From Alphaproteobacteria bacterium (GTDB lineage: Bacteria > Pseudomonadota > Alphaproteobacteria > Rs-D84): a stretch of 64,000 nt of DNA. The stretch spans positions 1,867 to 65,866 of the forward strand of contig JAFSOV010000014.1 of the NCBI GenBank assembly GCA_017443235.1. Direction: 5' to 3'. The notes below the pieces were generated by a model. It made no database searches, was not told the origin of the DNA, and saw nothing but the letters and a program-made list of their open reading frames with translations. This document shows, in pieces, positions 45,501 to 53,200 of this stretch. How positions within the stretch are numbered: position 1 is the stretch's first letter; each line of letters starts with the position of its first letter. Both the position numbers and the translations under genes were made by a program.

Positions 45501-46385
45501 ACAACAAATGCAACGTTAAAATTATTCTATAATACCGCATGCACTTTGCCAACATTTACAACGGGTTTGACCCAGACAGGATACACCAATGCCACAAAAT
45601 GGTCCGAGTTTAATACCATAGACGCAACAACGGTCAGTACGATTCCGGCATCAACGACGGCACCCACGATAACCACGTATTATGCTCAAAAACCAAGTTG
45701 TGCTGCGAATTATTATAAAAACGATACAACAACCTGCAGTTTATGCAGCGGTTTGGGTGGCGGTTTGTACACCAAAAGTGCCGCCGGTAACAAGACCGAT
45801 AATACGGTATGTTATTCGACTGTGACCGCGGGGACATACATTGTCAATAATACAGATTCGGCCGTGACAGAATGCCCAGGTGGTTCGTATTGTATTGGTG
45901 GTAATGTGTATTGGCCGAATGTGGGTAATATTGATTCTTGCCCGGATGGTTATGATTTGGGTGACGCCGGTTTAAGTGCTCAAAATCAGTGCCAGACCAG
46001 TTGCCCGGCGGGTCAGTGTTTGCCGGTGGCGGGTGGTTCGTGTGTGGATGCGGGCGTTGGTAATTGGTCGGCCGGGGGACTTGTTGGGTATGGTTCCACA
46101 TTGGCGTGCAATGTGTGCCCGACGGGACTGACCACCATTGGGTATGGTGCCGGTGCGGACGAAGCCGACGATTGTGGACGTGTTTTGCATATGGGTGAAA
46201 ACCGGTTGTACCTGCGCGGAGCGTTCCGGACAACGCCGTCTTTGCGGGTAAAGGTCGGTGATAACGTATTCTATGGCAATATGTCAACCACATTAAAGAA
46301 TATGTCCGATGGTATAAACAAAAAATTAAGATTAAAATATAATGGTACAACATATTCGGTATATGATGACAGTGTCGGTGAATAG
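36504..46385 (+). CDS. Giant secreted surface protein (3,293 aa): InlB B-repeat / Listeria-Bacteroides repeat array plus a Cys-rich C-terminal region
   Basis: One uninterrupted ORF with signal peptide MSGFLRKICVFFMVIAACFAGVRIYA. At least 22 by-eye copies of the repeat core G-Y-x-F-x-G-[WY] ending in YA-x-W. From about aa 2080 there are CPxGxYC-type Cys modules. Confidence 0.9.
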   Translation: MSGFLRKICVFFMVIAACFAGVRIYAASTSSYYYTLNDDGAKVASVPHSWAIGSVTQLSSLPYKPGYGYGGHYTARGCSGTQVIDHTGSVQVSFNANTTLYACWYAYYPPSIVLDDAGGSGGLLYNGGCSNVVRYIYSNNNEVTVTFANHDDWARDYMEVDKSSPYTWRIGCSNNDVVTQMYNLPTRSGYAFGGYYTEQNGSGTQIIDSSGNLINAATVYNTLGNASPTTIYAYWTSNSPTWATVTINDQSATTNSQYSTLYINTNNSLSNCGGYRTGQSCTALNITSFTPPTKTGYTYGGHYTQTNGGGWQWANSSGVIQYSVSGNQTVYAKWTPKVYTVTLNHGSPTNSPAPSTVYLKYGTGWYSNSGATTPIYAMTTVPQKTNYTFGGYWTGQNGTGTRVIDSDGNFLYTTAALTALTSNATIYAYWTAATQNPTWITVTFDDNSPTNYSQYNGGRLRYLYRNTNSAISNCSGYKLSQSCNATTVTHFTPPTKGGYTYGGHYTGSTQWSDASGNILVNLSANTTVTAQWTQNSGTIYTVTLYPNGGTGSNLLIYERQNIGWYRDSGGTYQITSSIFNSTSSGGAGLTQPTYTNHVFNGYWTGKTADGATSCSGTQMIDANGNILASPSYDASQRWYACWVGQQSTVTLNANGGTACATTSVTATYGAQMPTLSCAPTAPTGHHFNGYFDATSGGTQYYYADLSSARNWDKTGAQTLYAQWVANTYIVKYYCDKEEYELGTPAATDTVTYGQTYVVKTRAQVGCSLASGKKFIGWDYGEGNANLWQPGDIITYNYTDDLDVSGYVMDINTVTLNHGSPDNSPAPNTVYYVTSDGWYSDSNATIEATVSPIPVKYGYDFLGYWTTATSGGTQVVDASGQFITTTVTEPTTIYARYSEKTYQIALDDQNATTAGAPTPLYYSISNGWSATSGGTTITQITTAPTKSGYVFNGYWTQTGGNGTKIINSDRTFATVPSAILQAMHDGEIDMLYADWLTVNTVTFSCQNQAGDGSGTPSPATVQIHDGETLTFPSLSNCSWGNAGYSPFLWGYVVNGSFVETHDAGDTITWDSGWGNRTFNVWYAPNYFNYEYSCGAGSGTPPASGNTYYHNGGWTTAANTCTLPANKHFVGWLEPVSNEVWAESTTPTNGWRWPYDVTAAAGGAFVAQYDDDTYTATFTCENNAFSPYVYSGTAPDDITDIAYQQTITLPSPSVCTNNYPDAGWIASPAQEWNYYCVDANNGAALGGGSAGAGSWTWPKQGNCTFQASGGRSIYHIYYYCDDTTSTVSLDQTVDYSNRDTVRPATVAVAGCTAPTGYHFTGWKVGATNTILSPGQYGGNNALWPYAAHTHLRAQWEADTYNLTWGCGDGTGTPSGASFPTSIDYGETLTFPANTVCSAPMGYEFAGWTIDANTTTYQPNGTFVWNLTSGSEINASFTPITYTITYDCNGGTGSPSTQNVTYGGSIQLISTDACTRGGYTANGWDVSGTSPVVNYASEAVVNPWPYAANKTLSVNWTARTYTITYYDEDGTTVLTGLNPTSYTYGTGATINAVPTKAYSVFNGWCTTRNATTGTLSGCQPTTNPHVIGTTETDNKAYYASWSCATGYRKYNYAVDSFLYPSGGGQIPAGSCAPIRYIINCHGNGGNACLEQFNLGQSGTVGTYSFGSSYNTIAINSTGSDISAVPLPVSNNGNVEPVWPFLFTKSPDANYTAFTPWPANGLVSSSVQSGYLSHNYVTFMQAVANESYNNGIDFGRPHYTFDGLWTAADGGNKYIGADGLSPTGGYAFDSQEMANFFTADADVYAHWVPDRYTIMLEAEGYDGTLPAIYETYNTGWAQTSTETPGDWVPLTAEQMAHRAGYTFLGYYSSASGSNATKYINADGTLANGVTATTFGQSTSIFARFEANTYNVTYDCNADGATDYTDTATYDSTYTVLRLSEAGCSVIIGHTFGGWAISGTNLIKSGGDTFTWNYTEPKTLTAQWTPNVYHITFDFNNNYTGGGAQVGTANMYEKYGVGWGVNESGGTGSTSGELWSDTVITLPRYAGHTFVGYYDNTAGTGTQYVGPDAQLPSNRTFVMDKILYAVWSDCTPGNYCDDGQVISCSTATNGKYPYSDAGASSINDCYLTLTTGKRVATAGAGMTNCAANSFSDDTTTNVYYGGTASASHPTTSSCPACSTLGGGLYATSAGGTGSTGCYITTTAGKYVVANTDTAQTTCPVKKYCESATLYWPSVGQIADCPTPDASTMRTTYPDNYYNVSDISISWGSATGATSISKCRAIYFVTNERGKFYHTQIEYNPVTGKYDSGNGVQKYYTVLNPGYYGTEKLYSASYCNSSSTTSLMYYKDAQPCPTGSYCPGLTSMPLCSSGTYETTIGLYSCPVAYPDSAAMSTSIDACYLTTTAGNYVATAGAGETQCAANSFCTGGTVVYYNGTGGITACSTGAASSYSTSAAGSDAATDCYKTVTLNKNGGSGTIQGTSGTDPASVTCYYNTSCPFGSAGGLQQTGYTFTGGWGTSASCSDTTTSYTVPNGTNTYYACKSQKDYTMQYLCSDGTESANWSFAGTAPVATNPVHYGDSVTMAANPYGDQTGCRKVWGTSGDADYCTDCFTFGGWKIPAEFTSLEQTLVHLGGSDVNTWGNTDSTDWCIIDNTSDACTGFSDAVFYVYPMYTPKQYDIEYMYATSPVNNNASMPADYTYTVGTSISNADQTPPAHATFNGWCTGANGTGTCYNAGQSITIGNRAHGDITYYANWSCGSGYTLTYDTNNQPVCSADVITCDPGYYLQGSSATCQPCLVGDYCEGGNFVHNGTDQGLKVCATEIATGWTSLGGTDCTAKTSCYYPVTLNKNGFSGTIAAGAGTGCTVAAKSTGTNPATLRLFYNTACTLPTFTTGLTQTGYTNATTWSEQSTLNATAVSTIDAVTTTPAVTTYYARKTTCKANYYTPDNTTCTACSGLAGGAYPKSAAGTGDATSCYASITLNKNGYSGTISANAGTGCKVASRAIGTTNATLKLFYNTACTLPTFTTGLTQTGYTNATKWSEFNTIDATTVSTIPASTTAPTITTYYAQKPSCAANYYKNDTTTCSLCSGLGGGLYTKSAAGNKTDNTVCYSTVTAGTYIVNNTDSAVTECPGGSYCIGGNVYWPNVGNIDSCPDGYDLGDAGLSAQNQCQTSCPAGQCLPVAGGSCVDAGVGNWSAGGLVGYGSTLACNVCPTGLTTIGYGAGADEADDCGRVLHMGENRLYLRGAFRTTPSLRVKVGDNVFYGNMSTTLKNMSDGINKKLRLKYNGTTYSVYDDSVGE
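45003..45806 (+). repeat. In-frame tandem duplication (2 x 402 nt) inside the giant gene
   Basis: The units start at 45003 (CYYPVTLNKNGFSGT) and 45405 (CYASITLNKNGYSGT). A stretch of about 70 nt is identical between 45119..45190 and 45521..45592. Confidence 0.85.
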
Positions 46386-46399
46386 CAAAGGGATAAAAT

Positions 46400-47077
46400 A
46401 TGAACAAAAACCAGAAAATATTTATACTTGCGGCGTTGATGGGTTTGGCGGGTGCATGTAAAAAAGACCCGATTCCGGAACCGAATCCGGCCCCAACACC
46501 GAATGTGCCGACCGACACCATTGTGCCACCAACGCCCGGTGATACAATCACACCCGTGGTGCCCGGCGATACAATTGTTCCAAATCCACCAACGCCGGGT
46601 GATACGATACAGCCTGGAAATTATGATACTATTCCTGGGCGTAAGGTAGAATTTTTGTTAGTGAAACCAGGCAATTCTGGGATACGTTATCCGACCAGAG
46701 ATACTATATTGTTTTATGCCAATCATCCAGGTTGTGATAGTATAGTACTTAAATGGAAAGTTGGCGCTGGTTATACAACAGGTTGGACACCGGATGCCTT
46801 TCATTCGCCACGCGACAGTTTGAGGAAGCGCTTTATAAGCCCAAAAGTTTTTGGAAAAGGCAGAATTAACGTTAATCAAAATTATGGTGGCGCCAGTATA
46901 CCATGTGCGGATTCGTTAGATATATCTAAATTAGGAATGACCGTGTGTGATAGCGCGATTTTTGCAGATTGGGGGTATGAACCTTATCGTGATCCATATT
47001 CGAAATCACGCGAAGAGCATATTAAGTTTATTGACACGGTTGGAATGTCGCGTGCAATATTGGGTCGAACCCGGTAA
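46400..47077 (+). CDS. Putative lipoprotein with a Pro-rich PGDTI-repeat linker, function unknown
   Basis: 225 aa with a signal peptide and lipobox-like LAGAC. PGDTI occurs three times in a Pro-rich linker, followed by a globular C-terminal domain. Starts 15 nt after the giant gene's stop. Confidence 0.75.
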   Translation: MNKNQKIFILAALMGLAGACKKDPIPEPNPAPTPNVPTDTIVPPTPGDTITPVVPGDTIVPNPPTPGDTIQPGNYDTIPGRKVEFLLVKPGNSGIRYPTRDTILFYANHPGCDSIVLKWKVGAGYTTGWTPDAFHSPRDSLRKRFISPKVFGKGRINVNQNYGGASIPCADSLDISKLGMTVCDSAIFADWGYEPYRDPYSKSREEHIKFIDTVGMSRAILGRTR

Positions 47078-47100
47078 AAAAGGCATAAAAAACAGGACAA

Positions 47101-47132
47101 AAAAGCCGGCACAATGATTGTGTCGGTTTTTA
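47101..47132 (+). terminator. Rho-independent terminator after the giant-gene/lipoprotein pair
   Basis: Stem CCGGCACA / TGTGTCGG with one G:U pair, followed by TTTTT. Confidence 0.55.
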
Positions 47133-47160
47133 AAATAATTGCGTTGTGTCAATGGATTAT

Positions 47161-47376
47161 TTATTGTTTTTCACCCATTTTCTTGGTGGATTTTAATGCG
47201 GTGCGTAATGATTCCAATGCGACTTCGTATATGCGGGCGGAAAATGTTCGCATATTCATTGTGTCGGCAAAATTCTTGCTGAACACATCGGCCAGATATT
47301 CCAACTGGGCGGGTGATATTACGAAAACTTCGCTGGTTATATTTGTTGGTTGTAATTGTTTTATTTGATCTTTCAT
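47161..47376 (-). CDS. Small hypothetical protein (71 aa)
   Basis: The ORF has a plausible helical composition and lies divergent from secA. No motif recognised. A competing plus-strand ORF (47114..47368) looks compositionally poor. Confidence 0.4.
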   Translation of the reverse strand: MKDQIKQLQPTNITSEVFVISPAQLEYLADVFSKNFADTMNMRTFSARIYEVALESLRTALKSTKKMGEKQ

Positions 47377-47534
47377 TTTTTATCGCCCCCCTGTTGCCCC
47401 GAAAATGCACAATCGCAAATAAAAATTTTAATTGTGGCTTGTTTATTTTTCTAAACGTATTATATCATAAAGTATCTTGACCGCAAGACACAAAATTTGC
47501 TATACCAAGATTTGACAAAAGACAAGGAAAAGTT

Positions 47535-50144
47535 ATGGTTATGAATATTATTCAAAAAATATTGGGTTCGGCGAACGACCGATTGGTTAAATCTTATGAT
47601 AAAACCGTATCAATGATAAATGATTTGGAACCCAAATATCACGCAATGAGTGATGAAGAATTACGCGCGCAAACGGATGTTCTGCGGGCGCGTATTGCGG
47701 CGGGCGAAAAAGAAAAAAATATTTTGCCCGATGCGTTTGCCGCCGTGCGCGAGGCATCTATTAGAACCATCGGCCTGCGGCACTTTGATGTTCAAATGAT
47801 TGGGGGTATGGTTTTGAACAACGGTCAAATTGCAGAAATGAAGACCGGCGAAGGTAAAACATTGGTTGCAACTTTGGCTTTGTACCTTAAGGCACTGTAT
47901 GGCAAAGGCGCGCATTTGATTACTGTGAACGATTATTTGGCATCGCGTGACGCAAAATGGATGGGGCAAGTTTATGAATTTTTGGGTCTGTCGGTTGGGA
48001 TTATTCAGCATGATATGACCGATGACGAACGCCGCGCGGCATATGCGTGTGATATTACGTATGTGACGAATTCCGAACTGGGGTTTGATTATTTGCGTGA
48101 CAATATGAAGTTTTCAAAATCGCAACAGGTGTTGCGTCCCCTGTTCTTTGGTATTGTTGACGAAGTGGACAGTATTTTGATTGACGAAGCGCGCACGCCA
48201 CTTATTATCTCTGGCCCGTCCGAGGATATTAGTGAATTGTATAACAAGGTCGATGCGGTGGTGGCAAAACTGGCCCCGGATGATTATAAAAAGGATGAAA
48301 AAGACCGCCACGTCACTTTGACCGAGGGCGGTGTGGATTCTGTGACGCGATTGTTGCGCGACGCGGGTTTATTGGTTGGCGATAATCTGTATGCCCCCGA
48401 AAATGCCGCGTTGGTTATGCATATTCAACAATCTTTGTTGGCGCATCATTTGTTCCAGAAAAATGTGAACTATGTTGTGCGTGATGGCGAGGTTTTAATT
48501 GTCGATGAATTTACCGGGCGCGTAATGACGGGGCGGCGATTCGGGCGCGGTCTGCACCAGGCGATTGAGGCCAAAGAACATGTCACGGTTCAACCGGAAA
48601 ATCAAACCGTGTCCAGTATTTCTTACCAGAATTTATTCCGTTTGTATGAAACTTTGGCCGGTATGACCGGAACCGCCATGACCGAAGCCGCCGAATTCGA
48701 TGAAATTTATAAACTGCGCGTGGTTTCAATTCCAACCAATCGCCCCGTTGCGCGTGTGGATCATCATGATGAAATTTACCTTAATAAAAATGAAAAATAT
48801 GATGCGATTGTCAATCAAATTGCCGATTGTATGAAACGGAATCAGCCGGTCCTGGTTGGCACGGTTTCAATTGAAAAATCCGAAGAATTGGCCGATGTGG
48901 TTCGCAAACGCTTGGGCGTGAATCCGGCGGTATTAAATGCAAAACACCATCAATCTGAGGCGAAAATCGTTGCCCAGGCGGGCGCGCCGGGCGCGATTAC
49001 CATTGCAACAAATATGGCGGGACGTGGAACCGATATTAAACTTGGTGGAAATGCCGAGGATTTAATTGCAGACCTGGACAAAGATGCACCGGATTACGAG
49101 GCCAAGAAGAAAGAGATATACGACACAATCGAAAAAAATAAAAAGATTGTTTTGGATGCCGGTGGTTTGTATGTGATTGGGACCGAACGCCATGAATCGC
49201 GGCGCATAGATAATCAGTTGCGCGGCCGCAGCGGACGTCAAGGTGACCCGGGCGATTCAAAATTCTTTTTGGCGTTGGATGATGATTTGATGCGTATATT
49301 TGGTGCGGCGCGTTTGTCGGGAATGCTGACTACACTGGGGTTAAAACCGGGCGAAGCGATTACACATCCATGGATTACCAAGGCATTAGAGAAAGCGCAA
49401 AAACGCGTTGAAGCCCGTTATTTCGAGGCGCGTAAAGAACTGTTAAAATATGATGACGTTATGAATGAACAACGTGGCGTTGTCTATAAACAGCGCGACG
49501 ATTTAATGACATCGAATGATTTGACACCTTTGGCACGCGAGATGATTGCGGACGTTGTTGAAATAATCTGCGAGAATAATATTCCGGAACGGGCCCAGCC
49601 CGCAGATTGGAATATCAAAGGCATTCATGACGCAATGGTTCGTGTTTTTGCATTGGATATTACCGATTTGGAAAATTGGAAAAAAGACGAAACGCTTACC
49701 GACCGCAAGGCGTATGATACTTTGTTGGGATTGGCGATGCAGCGGTATCAAAATCAAGCCGACAAATATGGACCCGATATGATGCAGACCGCATCACGAC
49801 AAATGATGTTGGGTGCATTGGATTCTGTGTGGAAACAACACCTGCAACAGATGGATTATTTGCAGACCGGTATCGGTTTGCGCGGATATGCACAAAAGAA
49901 TCCATTGTATGAGTACAAGCGTGAAGCATTGGGTTTATTCAAAAACACTATCAACAATTTCAAGATTATGTCGGTGGCGTATATTTCCCGTATGGAATTG
50001 ACGCGTGCGGATGTTGATGCAACCGAAAAGCAACGCAATGAACATGACCAATCCTTGAATGCCGCCGGCGAGGCCCGACGCAATGCGCCATGTCCGTGTG
50101 GTTCGGGATTAAAATATAAACATTGCTGTGGCAAATTAAAATAA
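47535..50144 (+). CDS. secA: Preprotein translocase ATPase SecA
   Basis: Walker A MKTGEGKTL, DEAD-like VDEVDSILIDEARTPLIISG, and the C-terminal zinc-binding CPCGSGLKYKHCCG. Confidence 0.96.
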   Translation: MVMNIIQKILGSANDRLVKSYDKTVSMINDLEPKYHAMSDEELRAQTDVLRARIAAGEKEKNILPDAFAAVREASIRTIGLRHFDVQMIGGMVLNNGQIAEMKTGEGKTLVATLALYLKALYGKGAHLITVNDYLASRDAKWMGQVYEFLGLSVGIIQHDMTDDERRAAYACDITYVTNSELGFDYLRDNMKFSKSQQVLRPLFFGIVDEVDSILIDEARTPLIISGPSEDISELYNKVDAVVAKLAPDDYKKDEKDRHVTLTEGGVDSVTRLLRDAGLLVGDNLYAPENAALVMHIQQSLLAHHLFQKNVNYVVRDGEVLIVDEFTGRVMTGRRFGRGLHQAIEAKEHVTVQPENQTVSSISYQNLFRLYETLAGMTGTAMTEAAEFDEIYKLRVVSIPTNRPVARVDHHDEIYLNKNEKYDAIVNQIADCMKRNQPVLVGTVSIEKSEELADVVRKRLGVNPAVLNAKHHQSEAKIVAQAGAPGAITIATNMAGRGTDIKLGGNAEDLIADLDKDAPDYEAKKKEIYDTIEKNKKIVLDAGGLYVIGTERHESRRIDNQLRGRSGRQGDPGDSKFFLALDDDLMRIFGAARLSGMLTTLGLKPGEAITHPWITKALEKAQKRVEARYFEARKELLKYDDVMNEQRGVVYKQRDDLMTSNDLTPLAREMIADVVEIICENNIPERAQPADWNIKGIHDAMVRVFALDITDLENWKKDETLTDRKAYDTLLGLAMQRYQNQADKYGPDMMQTASRQMMLGALDSVWKQHLQQMDYLQTGIGLRGYAQKNPLYEYKREALGLFKNTINNFKIMSVAYISRMELTRADVDATEKQRNEHDQSLNAAGEARRNAPCPCGSGLKYKHCCGKLK

Positions 50145-50149
50145 ATTGA

Positions 50150-50176
50150 AAAGTCCCGCAAAACCGGGACTTTTTA
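50150..50176 (+). terminator. Rho-independent terminator after secA
   Basis: Stem AGTCCCG / CGGGACT followed by TTTTT. Confidence 0.6.
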
Positions 50177-50247
50177 ATTGGTAAAAAAATGAATTTTTTC
50201 AAAATATGTGATTGCCTTGGATGTTAAAATTTGCTAGTGTGCGTTGT

Positions 50248-53200
50248 ATGAAAGGAACATTTATTCATCTTCGCACGCACAGTCGTCTGTCTATTGGGGC
50301 CAGCACCATAGAGGTTAAAAAAATTCCAAAACTTTGTTTGGAAAATAATATGTTCGCGTGCGCGTTGACCGATACGAATATGATGTCGGGGTGTGCAGAG
50401 TTTTCGGATGTTATGCCGTCCGCCGGCATTCAACCAATTATTGGTGTGGAAATAACACTGAACCATCATACGGCCGACCCAAAAATGTTGCGCACATCTT
50501 CTTTGTCCAAGGTTGTTTTATTGGCGCAAAATCATGATGGATATTTGAATTTGTGTGAATTAAGCCGTGTTATGTATATGCGTGGCGAAAATCATCATTT
50601 GGGGCCATATATTACCCTGGATGAATTGGAATCGCATTCGGGTGGCGTGATTTGTTTGTCGGGTGCGCATACCGGGCCAATTGGTATGGCGGTGTTGAAT
50701 GCCCAGGATAACCTTGCGCGGAATTATGCCGAGCGTTTTGTTCAAATATTCGGTGACCGGTTTTATATTGAAATTCAACGCCACGGATTAGATGCCGAGA
50801 TAAAAACAGAACCGGCATTTTTAGAAATTGCCAAATCTTTGAACATTCCAATTGTTGCAACAAATGATGTGTGTTTTGCCGGTGCGGCGGATTACGAGGC
50901 CGCAGATGCGTTAAGTTGTGTTCTTAATCAAACAAAAGTTATTGACCCGGACAGACCACGAAAATCATCGGAACAATACTTTAAGAATTCAACGGAAATG
51001 ATTGATATATTCGCAGATTTGCCCGAGGCGATTGAAAATACGGTCAATGTTGCGCGGCGTTGTGCGTTCTTGGTAAATGTTCATGAAAAACCGTTGTTGC
51101 CACGTTTTGGTGATAATTTTGATGACGAATGTAAAATGTTGCGCGATAACACCATGAATGGATTGACCGAACGGTTGAAGCAGCATAATATCAACGACAC
51201 CGCCCCGTATTTTGAACAGGCAAATTATGAATTAGATGTTATTATCGGGATGGGTTTCCCGGGTTATTTCCTTATTGTTGCAGATTATATCGATTGGTGC
51301 AGGAAACACGATATTTTAACCGGGCCGGGACGCGGTTCGGGCGCGGGGTCCATCGTGGCGTGGTCGTTGGGAATTACGCATGTAAATCCGTTAAAGTATG
51401 GTTTGTTGTTTGAACGATTCTTGAACCCAGACCGTATTTCTATGCCGGATTTTGACGTTGATTTTGAACCCAGCGGTATCGAGCAAGTTTTGGCATATAT
51501 TTGCGATAAGTACGGGCATGATTCTGTGTGTCGTATTATCACGTTTGGCAGTCTTCAGGCGCGCGGCGCAATTCGTGATGTTGGACGTGTTTATGGAATA
51601 CCGTATTCTAAATCGGACCGACTGTCTAAAATGATACCGATGGAGGCGAAGAAGTTAAAAGATGCCGTTGATACATCGCGGGAAATTCAAAATGTGTTAA
51701 ACACCGATGAAGATATGGCCAAGGTTGTTTCGATTGCAGAAGAATTGGAAGGTTCGTTCAGGAACCTTGGGCAACACGCGTGCGGGGTTGTTATTGGCGA
51801 CCGGCCAACAACCAAAATTGCACCGGTTTATCGTGACCCGGCGAACCCGTTGCCTTCGTGTCAATTTGACGGACATTATTTGGAATCGGCCGGGTTGATA
51901 AAATTTGACTTTTTGGGTTTGGAAACTTTGGTTGTGTTAAAGTATGCAACAAAATTGATACAAAAAACGCATCAACAAAATATAAATCTGGATGATATTC
52001 CAACCGATGATGAAAAAACTTTGGCGTTGTGGCAATCGGGTATGACCGAAGGTATATTCCAATTCGATGCCCCGTTTGTGCAGCAGACACTTAAAAAAAT
52101 GCACCCGACCAGTTTCTTGGAAATTTCGGCATTGAATGCGCTAAACCGGCCGGGCCCTATTGCATTTATTCCGCAATTTATTGCACGTATGCATGGCGAA
52201 GAAGAAATCGAATATGTGCATCCGCGCGCAGAACCGATATTAAAAGAAACATACGGTATTATCGTTTATCAAGAACAGGTTATGCAATTGACGCGTGCTT
52301 TGGCGGGATTCACGCGCGGCGAATCCGATACCGTGCGCAAGGCAATGGGTAAAAAGAAATTGGATTTGTTGGCAAAATTGGAAGTTAAATTTTTGGACGG
52401 GTGCAAAAAAGAAGGAACTTTGGATGAAGCGGCCGCCAAAGATTTGTGGGAAAAATTCAAAGAATTTGCAAAGTACGCATTTAACAAATCGCACGCCATC
52501 GCCTATTCTATTGTCGCGAATCAATGTGCGTATCTTAAGGCGCATTTCCCGGCGGAATTTTTGGCGGCGTCTATGTCCAGTAATATGAACGATACCGACC
52601 AATTGGCGTTGTTTGTTGATGACGCAAAATCTAATTTTGGAATTCAAATCGTTGCGCCGGACATCAATAAAAGTGAATCTTTGTTCACGGTTGATGGCGG
52701 TAAAATAATTTATGCTTTGGCGGCGATTAAGGGCGTGGGTGTTGCGGCAACCGATGCGATTATTGCAGAACGCGCCAAGGGCAAATTCAAAAACATAACC
52801 GATTTTGCAAAACGTTGTGCGCCGATAATAAACAAGCGTGTTTTAGAGGCCTTTGCCAAGGTTGGTGTGTTGGATTCTATCAATCCAAATCGTGCAGAAA
52901 TATTTATGAATGCAGATATGATTTTATCCTATGCGGCAAAATCCAAAGAAAGTGCAAATATGTTATCGCTGTTTGCAAACACGGTTGAAGACGATGTTGC
53001 CGAAGATCGCTTGGCCAAGAATTTGGTTAAAACCACACCGTGGACGTTCGGTCAAAAATTGGAAAATGAATTGTCAGCATTGGGTTTTTATATATCGGCG
53101 CATCCCTTGGATCAATATAAACATTTGATTAGTCGGGCGCGTTTGGCGACCAGTACGAAATTGGCCGAAATGCCGGATCGTGCAAATGTGCGAATCGCCG

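Noticed and set aside
47114-47368. 84-aa plus-strand ORF competing with the 71-aa minus-strand ORF 47161..47376.
   Set aside because: It starts inside the preceding terminator, has no RBS, and its translation is hydrophobic and low in complexity. The minus-strand ORF is preferred, though itself only at low confidence.
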